NCBI GenBank assembly: GCA_964016885.1
Contig: OZ024764.1
Location: 20,708,001-20,772,000 of the forward strand
Direction: 5' to 3'
Source: Eledone cirrhosa
Lineage: Eukaryota
Length of the DNA: 64,000 bases
Part shown: positions 12,290 to 24,280 of the stretch, in pieces
Position numbering within the stretch: the stretch's first letter is position 1
Layout of the letters: every line of letters begins with the position of its first letter
Notes under the pieces: generated by a model
The model's input: the letters and a program-made list of their open reading frames with translations, nothing else
Told to the model about the DNA's origin: nothing
Database searches by the model: none
Made by a program: the position numbers and the translations under genes

Positions 12290-12649
12290 GGAAACGACTA
12301 GATTTGTAGAAAAAGTAGGGTGAAAGTATACAAAGAGATGTAGTTTCACAGATCTACTCAGCCCTCACGTTGGGTGAGAATAATTATTTTTCTTAGAATT
12401 CTTGCTATACCCCTTTTCCAGTATTTTTTCTCTGGACCCCTTAGATACTTGCGATAGACGTTTTATTTCCCAGTATTAGGATTAGGGTTTCCGTTTTCAG
12501 GAAGAAAAGTCGATTGCAAACATCTAAGAGTTCGAGCAATAAAATTAAGGAAAGATAATTATTTCCCAGCCAACTGGAGAAGTGTGTAGCTCTTCTAAAC
12601 TCCGATAATCCTGTCTCCCACTTCTTTATCTACAAATCTAGTCGTTTCC
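12290..12649. mobile_element. Foldback-type MITE with 21-bp TIRs (paralog 31290-31649)
   Basis: ggaaacgactagatttgtaga (12290-12310) is a perfect inverted match to tctacaaatctagtcgtttcc (12629-12649). Weaker inverted similarity continues internally. No TSD was recognised. Confidence 0.75.
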
Positions 12650-12689
12650 TGCTACTTTGTTCCCTGGGGTATGCCTTAGTATTTGACAC

Positions 12690-13255
12690 CATCTATCTGT
12701 CTTACTCCCTAACTAGAAAGAAGTCAATCTGTCTCATGTGCTCACCTGATTGGTAGGTTATTAGGTGGTTGGTAGGTTTCTTGAAGTGTTGCAAATGGTT
12801 AGTTCACTTGCATCACAAAATACAAGAAGCCTCACTCCTCCTTCATTTCTTGAGCCATAACCATGACCACCATGTACCCCAGTGTATCCATCCTGGAGCT
12901 GTCCAACATGACCATGGTAGTCCCCTGCTATTATAATTAGGTCTCTGTCATTGTGGTTATCTCTACTTATTCCTTTTCTACATATGGAGCAGGGCCACTT
13001 TCCTGAAGGTGTCAGGGTCTTCTCTCCTATCCATTAGCACTTTAGTTTTGGCTAAGTATATTCTCAGAACTTACCATTTCAAATTCTATATCTATAGCTG
13101 GTCATCTACATAGAGAAGTTTCCATAGACAGCCAGTCTTAAACCTCTCTGTTATGGCTTGGAGAACTATGATGAACAACAGTGGGCTAAGAACTAAACCA
13201 TGATGAACTCCTACCTGTACCTTCAATTCCTCACTAGACACACTTTACTGACAGC
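12690..13255 (-). mobile_element. Rearranged RTE-clade LINE fragments (RT and AP-endonuclease); paralog ~31700-32262
   Basis: The minus strand gives VQVGVHHGLVLSPLLFIIVLQAITERFKTGCLWKLLYVDD, LAKTKVL and SGKWPCSICRKG. These are followed by the endonuclease GDYHGHVGQLQDGYTGVHGGHGYGSRNEGGVRLLVFCDASELTICNT (ORF 31761-31958 in copy B). Confidence 0.8.
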
Positions 13256-13292
13256 TTCTCACAAGGCATTCTTCTACACCTAATTTCCTTAA

Positions 13293-15225
13293 CCCTTTAG
13301 TATATAAACTGGCCATATCTGGCCAGAATTCTCCCACATCTTTCTGTTCAAACTGGCCATAATTAAATAATAATAACAATAATGAAATATTGTGTACAGT
13401 GCCCAGGTGCACCACAACTCATCAAAAAAGTGCATGTACAGTACATAGGGCAATGCACAAACATCAGTAAAATGAACAGTGCACGAGTCATGATACACAC
13501 ATGTGTGCATGTGTATGGAAGGGGTACATCAGGTGTAGTTTTGGCATATTTCGGGAAGCATGAGTGTCTTAAAGGATGCAGTGTCTCGGCAGATAACAAC
13601 TGACGCAGGCAGTTTGTTCCCTACTTCAGCAACTCTGAACGTGAAAAAATGTCTACGAAAGTCATGGGAGCTGTGCTGTTTTCTGATCTTGTAGGCATGT
13701 CCACGTGTGTTAGACACATGGAGATCAAAGAGGCGCTCAGGGTTGCAATTGGCGAGATGGTTAAAAACTTTGTGGGCATTCACCAAGTCCATTGCCAGAC
13801 GTCGGAGCTTCAATGAATTCATGCTCAGGGAAGCAAGGCGTTCAGAGTATGGTAGGTGTCTGATGGAGGGTATGCGCTTGGTTGCACGTCTCTGAACAGT
13901 TTCCAGGAGGTCAATGTTCTGAGCAAGATAGGGGTTCCAGACTGATGATGTGAATTCCAAGTGTGGTCGTACCATAGCTGTATACAGTTTTAAATAGATG
14001 GCTGGAGAGCGGCTAACAAAGGTCTTGCTGAGTGATGCCAAGACACCCTCGGCCTTCTTGACAATCTTAGAGACATGCTTTGTCCAACGCAAATCGTTGC
14101 TGACAGTAATGCCCAGGTCACGTTCACAAGAGGAATTTTTGATATCAGTGTTGTGGAGGGAGTATGTGGACGCTGGATTTTTCCTTCCAAAATGCATGGT
14201 GGTACACTTGTCCACAGCCAGCTTCAGTTGCCAGTCTGTGATCCATTGCTGCATTGTGTCCAGGTCTGATTGTAGGAAAGAGTTGTAAATTTCAGGATCA
14301 GTCCTTTTGATTTCAAGGTACAGCTTGATGTCATCTGCATATTTCAGTACCGTGGCATTCTGTAAGTTGGCATCTATGTCATTAATATATGCCACAAACA
14401 AAAGAGGACCAAGAACAGATCCCTGTGGTACACCAGATGACATCTCATATGGTGAAGAATGCTGACCTAGAACCGTGACTACTTCTTTTCGGCTGAGAAT
14501 GAAGGATTTCAACCAGTCGAAAAGATCATCCCTCACACCCATTGCAGAGAGTTTTGCCATAAGTCTTTTGTGTGGCACAGAATTAAAAGCCTTAACAAAG
14601 TCAAGGTAAACAACATACACCCATGAGCTGCTGTCAGTGATCCGGGTGATGTCCTCAAGGAACTCAATAAGCTGATCACAGCAGCTGGAGTTAGGGATAA
14701 ATCCAAACTGTGAGGGCCGGATGAGGCTGTGAGAGCTCCAGAAGTTCCAAAGTGTTTCTCTGACACAGGATTCCATCAGTTTGGCCATACAGCTAGTAAG
14801 ACTGACTGGACGATAGTTGACAGGTGACATGCCGTTGCCCTTTTTGAACAGGGGAATGACACTGGCAGTTTTCCACTGCTCCGGAGTAGCACCATTGTTG
14901 AGACAGTATTGAAAGAAGAAAGAAAGCTGGCGCAAAAGGAAATACCCGCCACGTTTGAGAAGCAGGTATGTCACACCATCAAGACCAGGGGAGGCATAGT
15001 TGCGCTTATTCTTAAGGTGACGTCACAACATTGCAGGTGTAAATTCCATAGTTGTTATGGAATTTGATGTTAGAGATGGTGGAGATGGTACATTCTGGTT
15101 TTCAACAGTAAAAATACTTGCATAGCACTCAGCAACGAGTTCTGCGCATTCCTTGATTGGTCACTTATACTTATGTTAAGGTATTGTTCTCAATATAAAT
15201 AACATGAAAATCTCATAGATTTGAT
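13293..15225. mobile_element. piggyBac-like MITE, copy A (left TIR kept, right TIR deleted), interrupted by the CR1-like LINE
   Basis: TTAA (13289-13292) is followed by CCCTTTAGTAT. The right end lacks the 77 bp that are present in copy B. Confidence 0.65.
13362..15153 (-). mobile_element. 5'-truncated CR1/L2-group LINE; RT ORF 13529-14974
   Basis: RT motifs NYRPVSLTS, QFGF, YLDFVKAFNSVPH, GVPQGSVLGPLLF, YADD, RDLGI and LYTAMVRPHLEF, with CR1-type C-terminal TRGH..K. A (TTA)n-like 3' tail lies at ~13365. Confidence 0.92.
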
Positions 15226-15880
15226 ATGTCACTAATAACTACTTTTATCAGTCAGTATAATCTACTGTCACTAATAACTACTTTTATCTGTCAGTATAAT
15301 CTAATGTCACTAATAACTACTTTTATCAGTCAGTATAATCTAATGTCACTAATAACTACTTTTATCAGTCAGTATAATCTACTGTCACTAATAACTACTT
15401 TTATCAGTCAGTATAATCTACTGTCACTAATAACTACTTTTATCAGTCAGTTTAATCTAATGTCACTAATAACTACTTTTATCAGTCAGTATAATCTACT
15501 GTCACTAATAACTACTTTTATCAGTCAGTTTAATCTAATGTCACTAATAACTACTTTTATCAGTCAGTTTAATCTAATGTCACTAATAACTACTTTTATC
15601 TGTCAGTATAATCTAATGTCACTAATAACTACTTTTATCAGTCAGTTTAATCTAATGTCACTAATAACTACTTTTATCAGTCAGTTTAATCTAATGTCAC
15701 TAATAACTACTTTTATCAGTCAGTTTAATCTAATGTCACTAATAACTACTTTTATCAGTCAGTTTAATCTAATGTCACTAATAACTACTTTTATCAGTCA
15801 GTTTAATCTAATGCCACTAATAACTACTTTTATCAGTCAATTTAATCTACTGTCACTAATAACTAACCTATGTCAGTCAG
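15226..15880. repeat. 39-bp minisatellite, ~16.5 copies (small paralog of the giant array)
   Basis: The unit ctaatgtcactaataactacttttatcagtcagt(a/t)taat decays into unique sequence at ~15868. Confidence 0.97.
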
Positions 15881-15989
15881 CACATTCTTCACCAAAGAAG
15901 GCCTTAGTATTTATTACAGTCCATTTATCAATATAGAAATATTATATGAAATTTGTACTGATGTATTACAAGTTTCTGAGTATCTTATA

Positions 15990-16010
15990 ATGTTCTTTTA
16001 TTATTTCAGA
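15990..16010 (+). promoter_or_regulatory. Putative 3' splice acceptor of the ZNF coding exon
   Basis: atgttcttttattatttcag|a, with AG at 16008-16009. Homologous acceptors precede the ZNF remnants at 2200 and 19587. Confidence 0.55.
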
Positions 16011-16823
16011 ATACCAGAGGACATTGGCATTAAAGAGCACATTACATCAGACATATCCTCAACATTAACCATTTCTAATGAAAGACACTATCCATCATTT
16101 TCAAATAATTTTGAAAACACTCAACACTTTGAAGGGATTTAGTAATATAACTAAATTTCTCAGTATTAAGCTGCTATTTGGAACATAACTTTGCACAATT
16201 TCATGAAGTTACAATGGAAAGTTTTTAGATAAATATAAAGACTGGTATGAAAAGGATAAAACACTTTTATATCAGTTGTTTCATCAACACCATTATTTAA
16301 AGATTAAAGGAAGCTGTTATACAGAACAGATACAACCTTGTTTATATAAATCTATGGGAGAAATACTGTGAAATATTTCTTGTAAACTCAATAACACTTC
16401 TATTCTTTGCTGTCTGGAATATGTAGAAGATACAAAATAAAGCAGAAGAAATTTACAAATGATTTTGTAAGATCTTCATATATTGACAAAGATGATAGTT
16501 GATGGAACTACAGGAGTAGAAATATTTCCATTATTACAGGAATAACTAATCAAATAAAAACCAGAAAAATTAGATTCTTCACTGTCTGGAATATGTACAA
16601 GATGATTTTATATGTATATTAAACTTGAAGACATCTACAAAACAGTTTGTATCATCTTTAAATATAAAGAAAGACCAAGTTGATGGAAATATATCTGGAG
16701 GAATATATTTTAGGAATAATATTATAAACATAAAGAAGAAAAATATCCATATATTGCGAGGAGAAAAATATTAAAACTGTGAATTATGTGAGAAACTGAG
16801 GTGATTGATATCTTTTAGGAGAT

Positions 16824-18191
16824 ATGTCGAAAAATATAGTAAAATCACCATTCCACTGTGATATCTGTGGCAAATCATTCTCTCATAGTAATCACCTAAC
16901 TACTCACAAACGTATTCATACAGGAGAGAAGCCTTATAAGTGTGATATCTGTAACAAATCATTCAGTCACAGTAGTAGCGTCAGAGTTCACAAACGTATT
17001 CATACAGGAGAAGAGCCATTCCACTGTGACATCTGTGGTAAATCATTCACTTATAGTCATCAACTAACTACTCACAAACATATTCATACAGGAGAGAAAC
17101 CATATCACTGTGACATCTGTGGTAAATCATTCTCTCAGAGTCATCACCTAACTACTCACAAACCTATTCATACAGGAGAGAAGCCTTATCACTGTGATGT
17201 CTGTGATAAATCATTCAGCCAAAGTAGTAGCTTAACTCATCACAAACGTCTTCATACAGGAGAGAAGCCATATCACTGTGACATCTGTGGTAAATCATTC
17301 TCTAAATGTGGTAACTTAACTACCCACAAACGTATTCATACAGGAGAGAAGCCACATCACTGTGACATCTGTGGTAAATCATTCAGTCACAGAAATACCT
17401 TAACTAAACACCAACGTATTCATACAGGAGAGAAGCCATATCACTGTGATATCTGTGGTAAATCATTGTCTCGTAGTGATACCTTAACTACCCACAAACG
17501 TACTCATACAGGAGAGAAACCATATCACTGTGACATCTGTAGTAAATCATTATCTGACAGAAGTAGCTTTGTTAAACACCATCGTATTCATACAGGAGAG
17601 AAGCCATATCACTGTGATATCTGCGGTATTTCATTCTCTCAGAGAAATCACCGAATGGCTCACAAACGTATTCATACAGGAGAAAAACCATATCACTGTG
17701 ATATCTGTGGTAAAACATTCTCTGTAAATCATAATCTAACTACTCACAAACGTATTCATACAGGAGAGAAGCCATATCATTGTGACATCTGTGGTAAATC
17801 ATTTTCTCGTAGTCACCTAACTACTCACAAACGTATTCATACAGGAGAGAAGCCATATCACTGTGATATCTGTGATAAATCATTCTCTCATAGTAAAACC
17901 TTAACTACCCACAAATGTACTCATACAGGAGAGAAGCCATATCATTGTGACATCTGTGGTAAATCATTCGCTGACAGAACTAGCTTAGCTACCCACAAAC
18001 GTACTCATACAGGAGAGAAGCCATATCACTGTGACATCTGTGGTAAATCATTCTCTCATAGTAATACGTTAGCTATCCACAAACGTACTCATACAGGAGA
18101 GAAGCCATATCCCTGTGACATCTGTGGTAAATCATTCAGTCACCGTAGTAACTTAACTACCCACAAACGTACTCATACAGGAGTACTCTGA
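16824..18191 (+). CDS. Poly-C2H2 zinc-finger protein, 455 aa, 16 tandem fingers, no effector domain visible
   Basis: The ORF has 16 CxxC-x12-HxxxH units joined by TGEKP linkers. Finger 12 has a one-residue deletion (SRSHLTTH). Confidence 0.95.
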   Translation: MSKNIVKSPFHCDICGKSFSHSNHLTTHKRIHTGEKPYKCDICNKSFSHSSSVRVHKRIHTGEEPFHCDICGKSFTYSHQLTTHKHIHTGEKPYHCDICGKSFSQSHHLTTHKPIHTGEKPYHCDVCDKSFSQSSSLTHHKRLHTGEKPYHCDICGKSFSKCGNLTTHKRIHTGEKPHHCDICGKSFSHRNTLTKHQRIHTGEKPYHCDICGKSLSRSDTLTTHKRTHTGEKPYHCDICSKSLSDRSSFVKHHRIHTGEKPYHCDICGISFSQRNHRMAHKRIHTGEKPYHCDICGKTFSVNHNLTTHKRIHTGEKPYHCDICGKSFSRSHLTTHKRIHTGEKPYHCDICDKSFSHSKTLTTHKCTHTGEKPYHCDICGKSFADRTSLATHKRTHTGEKPYHCDICGKSFSHSNTLAIHKRTHTGEKPYPCDICGKSFSHRSNLTTHKRTHTGVL

Positions 18192-18891
18192 CAGTAGTAC
18201 CTTAACTAAGCATGTGTGTATTCATACAGAAGTTTAGCTGTATCAATATCAAACTCATTACATCATACTACAACAACAACAACAATTGTGTAGATCCATC
18301 ATCCTGGCTAAAACTGGGGTTAAATTGTAGGTTTTACCTATGACAGGGATCATAAACACCAGGTTTCCATTTTTGCAGTAGTGTTTGAAGATTTGGTGTA
18401 AATTAAAGTTTTTCACATTAAACTTTGACTTATTATACTTTAACAGGTAAGATATATATTTGTATTTTTAGTAAAGGTTGGGAACTTCTGTAATTTAAAC
18501 CTGCCAATAAAATGAAAACTTTTGTTGTTGCTAGTCTGACATTGATATTAATTCTATTGTCCTGTACATTGTCTCAAATATCACAGATTAAACAGATTTT
18601 TACAATAACAACAGAAATCAATAACTTGTAAGCCTAATATCTAGCTTCTATTTTAACTATTTGATATTGTTGTTCCCCTCCTGTCTCTTCAGGTCTTTTA
18701 GATTTCAACTTCTATCTACTGTACTATTCCATCACCAAGGCAACATTCATCTGGCTGGCAGCTTACATCAACTACAAATCTCATCAGTGGTTCACAACAG
18801 GCTGTCTGAAAGAAACTTCCAGATATCTTCTATGTCATAGCTATCAATCTCCTCCTCCTTATCATATGTATCATGTAGAACATCTCTGAAT

Positions 18892-19298
18892 TTATATTTA
18901 ACAGGGAGATCTTTTACTGTCCCTACCCTTTTCTCTAGGTTGTCTTGAGCCTCTCACAGTCCCTCTAGATCTTATATTTAACAGGGGGATGTTTTACTAT
19001 CCCTACCTCTTTCTCTAGGTTGTCTTGTACCTCTCTCACAGTCCCTCTAGATCTTATATTTAACAGGGAGATATTTTACTATCTCTACCCTTTTCTCTAG
19101 GTTGCCTTGTACCTCTCTCACAGTCCCTCTAGATCTTATATTTAACAGGGAGATGTTTTACTGTCCCTACCCTTTTCTCTAGGTTGTCTTGTACCTCTCA
19201 CAGTCCCTGTAGATCTTATATTTAACAGGGAGATCTTTTACTCTCCAACCCTTCTATCTCCAGATAATCTTGTATCTGTCAGTCCCTCTAGATCTTAC
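18892..19298. repeat. 82-bp minisatellite (~5 copies)
   Basis: Paralog of 1365-1912 with a different copy number. Confidence 0.92.
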
Positions 19299-19587
19299 AC
19301 CTAGTATCTAGTCTATGTTGAGTGGTACGTCCTTCTCCAGTAAAGGAGTTAATATTCCCAACCATCTGTCTATCCTGTTTTCTGATGAGAATGAAGTCAA
19401 TCTAGTTTATCTCTTCACCTGATTGAAGTAACTAGATCAAGTAACTACATGGTTTCCTGTAAGTTAGTGTTGCAGTGTTTGAGTCACCATGTAAGGTTTA
19501 TATCTATTAATATAGAGATGTAGTAAAGTTTTCACTGTTGTATCTCTACTTTCTAAATATCTTAATAATGTTTCTCTACTATTTCAG

Positions 19588-19942
19588 AATATCACATGAC
19601 CTTGACAGAAAAGAGTCTTTTAAAGACAACAGAAAGATGTTACATACAAGTGATATAAACTTGTTTAGTCTGTGGTGAATTATGGTGAAATATTTCTTCT
19701 GAATTGAGATAAATAACAACATTTTCCTTTTTCACTGTCTGGAATATTTACAAGATGATTTTACATTCTGATTAAACTTTGGATATTTACAAAGGAGTTT
19801 TCAAAATGTTTGGATATTGACAAAGATCACATTTGGTAAAAATTATGAACAATAGAAATATTTACATCAACATAGGAATATTTTCCAGAAGAGATGGGAA
19901 AATCATTATACCACTGTAATATTTGTGGTAAAGTATTCTCTC
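19588..19942 (+). pseudogene. Truncated ZNF remnant (paralog of 2201-2540); further copy ~22088-22249
   Basis: Acceptor atttcag|aatatcac followed later by KSLYHCNICGKVFS. Confidence 0.78.
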
Positions 19943-20414
19943 TTCTTTATATGTAGAACATCTAACTAAACACTTTAACTAACAAACTATTGTGCTATAG
20001 AATTGACAAACTTGAAGAATGTTTAATAAATGTTACAGATTTCTCCAAACTGTCGTTTACTAACTTTAATTTGAAGCTATATTATCTATATACTACTAAA
20101 ACTCTGTGATTGTGTCTTGTCCGTAATTTAATACAGCTAAAACAGTGCATAATGGGGAAATACTTTGAAAGGAATAAAACAAGTTTTTTATAAATTGGAG
20201 CACAGGTTCCCAAGATACGGGGTTTTCTGGGTACCTTCATAAATATAGGGAGAGAAAGAGATAGTGGTTGTGAGAGAGTGGGAGCTGGTGGTGTTAAATA
20301 GAATGTATGTGTGTATATATATATGTATATATATACACGTATCTATATATATATACGTATGTGCATATATATGTATCTATATATATATATATATACGTAT
20401 GAAGCATATAGACA

Positions 20415-20699
20415 ATATGCCCCCACACCCTCCCACTGCAAGGTGGTCGTGGAGGTGCCACAGCAAAAAAGCACCGAGCCCACACTGTAAAGTGGACATG
20501 TAGGTGCCACGAAAAAGCACCCAGCACTCACTGTAAATGAGGTTGGTGTTAGGAAGGGCATCCAGCTGTAGAAATCGAGCCAAATCAGTTCCTGTATGAG
20601 CAAGGCATGGTCAGCCGACCAGACGCTGCCCACAACAGGTCAACTCATCTAACCCATGCTAGCGTGGAAGAACGGACATAAAACGGTGATGATGATGAT
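20415..20699 (+). mobile_element. RTE 3'-tail/SINE insertion specific to copy B
   Basis: ggtgccacgaaaaagcacccag..ggttggtgttaggaagggcatccagctgtagaaa..aacccatgctagcgtggaa..gatgatgatgat lies inside a (TA)n tract. It is absent from the paralogous site ~2935. Confidence 0.75.
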
Positions 20700-21384
20700 A
20701 TATATATATATACGTATGTGTATATTTTAACTGTTTAAAAATTATTTTAAATGACTTTTAAAAAATAGTGATAAAGGAACGTGACCCAACAGGTCGCGGG
20801 TAGTCTAGTTTGTTACTAAATACTAGATATTAGAGGGTCATGTTGTTCTAGATGTGCTGGAAGAGCCATTCCATCTCGTGAGGCTCACACCAGCAGCTAG
20901 CCACCTCAGCACCTATGGTGGTATATTTATTATATTATTTATTCTTTATCATTAACATTAATATAAAAGATAATTATATATTTTTAGAGAAGAACCTCTA
21001 ATTTTATATAGCTTAGGGCTTCAGTAGGTAAAAGTCTGGCCCTGCTTGTCTTGTATTTTTTAGGGGAGAAGTTAGGGAATACTGTTATTGTGTGAAAGTT
21101 TTCTAAATCTTCTTCAGCCACTAACATGGAGAAGATATTTCAGTAAGAAGGTTCACATCCTGACATCTATAGCTGTTAACAATGAGATTGGAATTCATTA
21201 TTAAACAAATGTTATATCATCACTGTTTTACATCAGTTTTTCCACCCTGGCATGGGTTAGACGAGTTATCCTGTTGTAAGCAATGCCTGGTCAGGTGACC
21301 ACATGTTGCTCCTACAGAACAAATTTTGGTTTGGTTTCTACAGCTGGATGCCCTTCCTAGCACCAACCTTATTTACATTGAGTA

Positions 21385-21985
21385 CTGGGTGCTTTTTGTC
21401 GTGACACCTACATGACCACTTTACAGTGTGGACTGGGTACTTTTTGTTGTGATACATACGTGACCACTTTACAGTGTGCGTTGGGTGCTGTTTGTTGTGA
21501 CACCTACATGACCACTTTACAGTTTTGACTGGGTGCTTTTTGTCGTGACACCTACATGACCACTTTATAGTGTGGACTGGGTACTTTTTGTTGTGACACC
21601 TACATGACCATTTTAAAGTTTTGGCTGGGTACTTTTTGTTGTCACCTACATGACCACATTACAGTGTGGGCTGGGTGCTTTTTGCCGTGACACCTACGTA
21701 CCCGCTTTACAGTGTCGGCTGGTTTCTTTTTGTCATGTCACCTACATGACCAGTTTATAGTATTGGCTGTGTGTTCTTTACAGTGTAGGCTGGTTTCTTT
21801 TTGTCATATCACCTACATGACCACCTTAGAGTGTTGGCTGTGTGTTCTTTGCAGTGTGGGCTGGTTTCTTTTTGTCATATCACCTACATGACCACCTTAT
21901 CATGTTGACTATGTGTTCTTTACAGTGTGGGTTGGGTGCTTTTTGTCATATCTCCTACCCAACCACTTTGCAGTGTGGGCAGTGA
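21385..21985. repeat. 48-bp minisatellite
   Basis: Same unit as 3640-4305. Confidence 0.9.
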
Positions 21986-23339
21986 AATATCAGTAATGCA
22001 CCAGCTCCAATATTCAGTAATCAGAAGAAGGGAGGTAGGCATAAAGCCAAACTTGCTGTCTTCAATTAGGTTTTTGTGCCAACCCTTTGGATATTTACAA
22101 AGGAGTTTTCAAAATATTTGGATATTGACAAAGATCACATTTGGTAAAATTATGAACAATAGAAATATTTACATCAACATAGGAATATTTTCCAGAAGAG
22201 ATGGGAAAATCATTATACCACTATAATATTCGTGGTAAAGTATTCTCTCTTCTTTATATGTAGAACTTCTAACTAAACACTTTAACTAACAAACTATTGT
22301 GCTATAGAATTGACAAACTTGAACAATGTTTAATAAATGTTACAGATTTCTCCAAACTGTCGTTTACTAACTTTAATTTGAAACTATATCATCTATATAC
22401 TACTAAAACTCTGTGATTGTGTCTTGTCCGTAATTTAATACAGCTAAAACAGTGCATAATGGGGAAATACTTTGAAAAGAATAAAACAAGATTTGTATAA
22501 ATTGGAGCACAGGTTCCCAAGATACGGGGTTTTCTGGGTACCTTGATAAATATAGGGAGAGAAAGAGATAGTGGTTGTGAGAGAGAGGGAGCTGGTGGTG
22601 TTGTTTAATAAAATATGTGTGTGTATATATATATATATAAACGTATGTGTATAGATATATATATGTATGTGTATATTTTAACTATTTTAAAATGACTTTT
22701 AAAAAATAGTTTTAAGGGAACGTGACCCAACAGGTCCCGGGTGGTCTAGTTTGTTACTAAATACTAGATATTAGAGGGTTGAAATACTAGATATTAGAGG
22801 TTCTAGATGTGCTGGAAGAGCCATTCCATCTTGTGAGGTTCACACCAGCAGCTAGCCACCTCAGCACCTATGGTGGTATATTTATTATATTATTTATTCT
22901 TTATCATTAACATTAATATAAAAGATAATTATATATTTTTAGAAAAGAACCTCTAACTTCATATAACTTAGGGCTTCAGTAGGTAAAAGTCTGGCCCTGC
23001 TTGTCTTGTATTTTTTAGGGGAGAAGTTAGGCAATACTGTTATTGTGTGAAAGTTTTCTAAATCTTCTTCAGCCACTAACATGAAGATATTTCAGTAAAA
23101 AGGTTCACATCCTGACATCTATAGCTGTTAACAATGAGATTGGAATTCATTATTAAACAAATGTTATATCATCATCACTGTTTTACATCAGTTTTTCCAC
23201 GCTGGCATGGGTTAGACGAGTTATCCTGTTGTAAGCAAGGCCAGGTCAGGTGTCCACGTCTGGCTCCTACAGAACAAATTTTGGATTGGTTTCTACAGCT
23301 GGATGCCCTTCCTAGCACCAACCTTATTTACATTGAGTA

Positions 23340-24160
23340 CTGGGTGCTTTTTGTTGTGACACCTACATGACCACTTTACAGTGTGGACTGGGTGCTTTTT
23401 GTTGTGACACCTACATGACCACTTTACAGTGTGGACTGGGTGCTTTTTGTTGTGACACCTACATGACCACTTTACAGTGTGGACTGGGTACTTTTTGTTG
23501 TGACACCTACATGACCACTTTACAGTGTGGACTGGGTGCTTTTTGTTGTGACACCTATATGACCACTTTACAGTGTCGACTGGGTACTTTTTGTTGTGAC
23601 ACCTACATGACCACTTTACAGTGTGGACTGGGTGCTTTTTAACATCTCACCAGCACCACCACTTTACAGTGTAGGCTGGGTGCTTTTTACCATCTCACCA
23701 TGATGACCACTTTACATTGACTACTGGGTGCTTTTTGTTGTGACACCTACATGACCACTTTACAGTGTGGACTGGGCGCTTTTTGTCATAACACCTGCAT
23801 GACCACTTTATAGTGTGGTCTGGGTACTTTTTGTCGTGACACCTACATGACCACTTTACCATGTGGACTGGGTACTTTTTGTCGTGACACATACATACAT
23901 ACATACACACACATATACATACATTTATAATATAACCATACATGACCACTTTACAGTGTGGTCTGGGTACTTTTTGTTGTGACACCTACATCACCACTTT
24001 ACAGTGTGGACTTAGTACTTTTTGTTGTGACACCTACATGACCACTATACAGTGTGGACTGGGTACTTTTTGTTGTGACACCTACACAACCTCTTTACAG
24101 TGTGTACTGGGTACTTTTTGTTGTGACACCTACACAACCTCTTTACAGTGTTGGCAGTGA
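23340..24160. repeat. 48-bp minisatellite (homogeneous, expanded relative to copy A)
   Basis: Translates as repeated MTTLQCGLGAFCCDTY (16 codons = 48 bp). It is interrupted by a CATA/CA microsatellite at ~23890-23940. Confidence 0.92.
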
Positions 24161-24280
24161 AATATCTAATGCACCAGCTTCAGTAATCAGAAGATCGCTG
24201 TTTTCTATATTATAATTTTATAATATACATATAAACACACATACAAACACACACATATATATATACAGTATATATATATA

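Noticed and set aside
15226-15936. 236-aa ORF as an upstream coding exon of the ZNF gene
   Set aside because: It is the same satellite reading-frame artefact and is not connected in frame to the ZNF ORF.
23367-24160. Cys-rich repeat peptides (MTTLQCGLGAFCCDTY; also 5314-5658 and 23695-23985) as metallothionein- or toxin-like genes
   Set aside because: They are translations of the 48-bp retroposon-derived minisatellite, open on both strands and not conserved between paralogous arrays.
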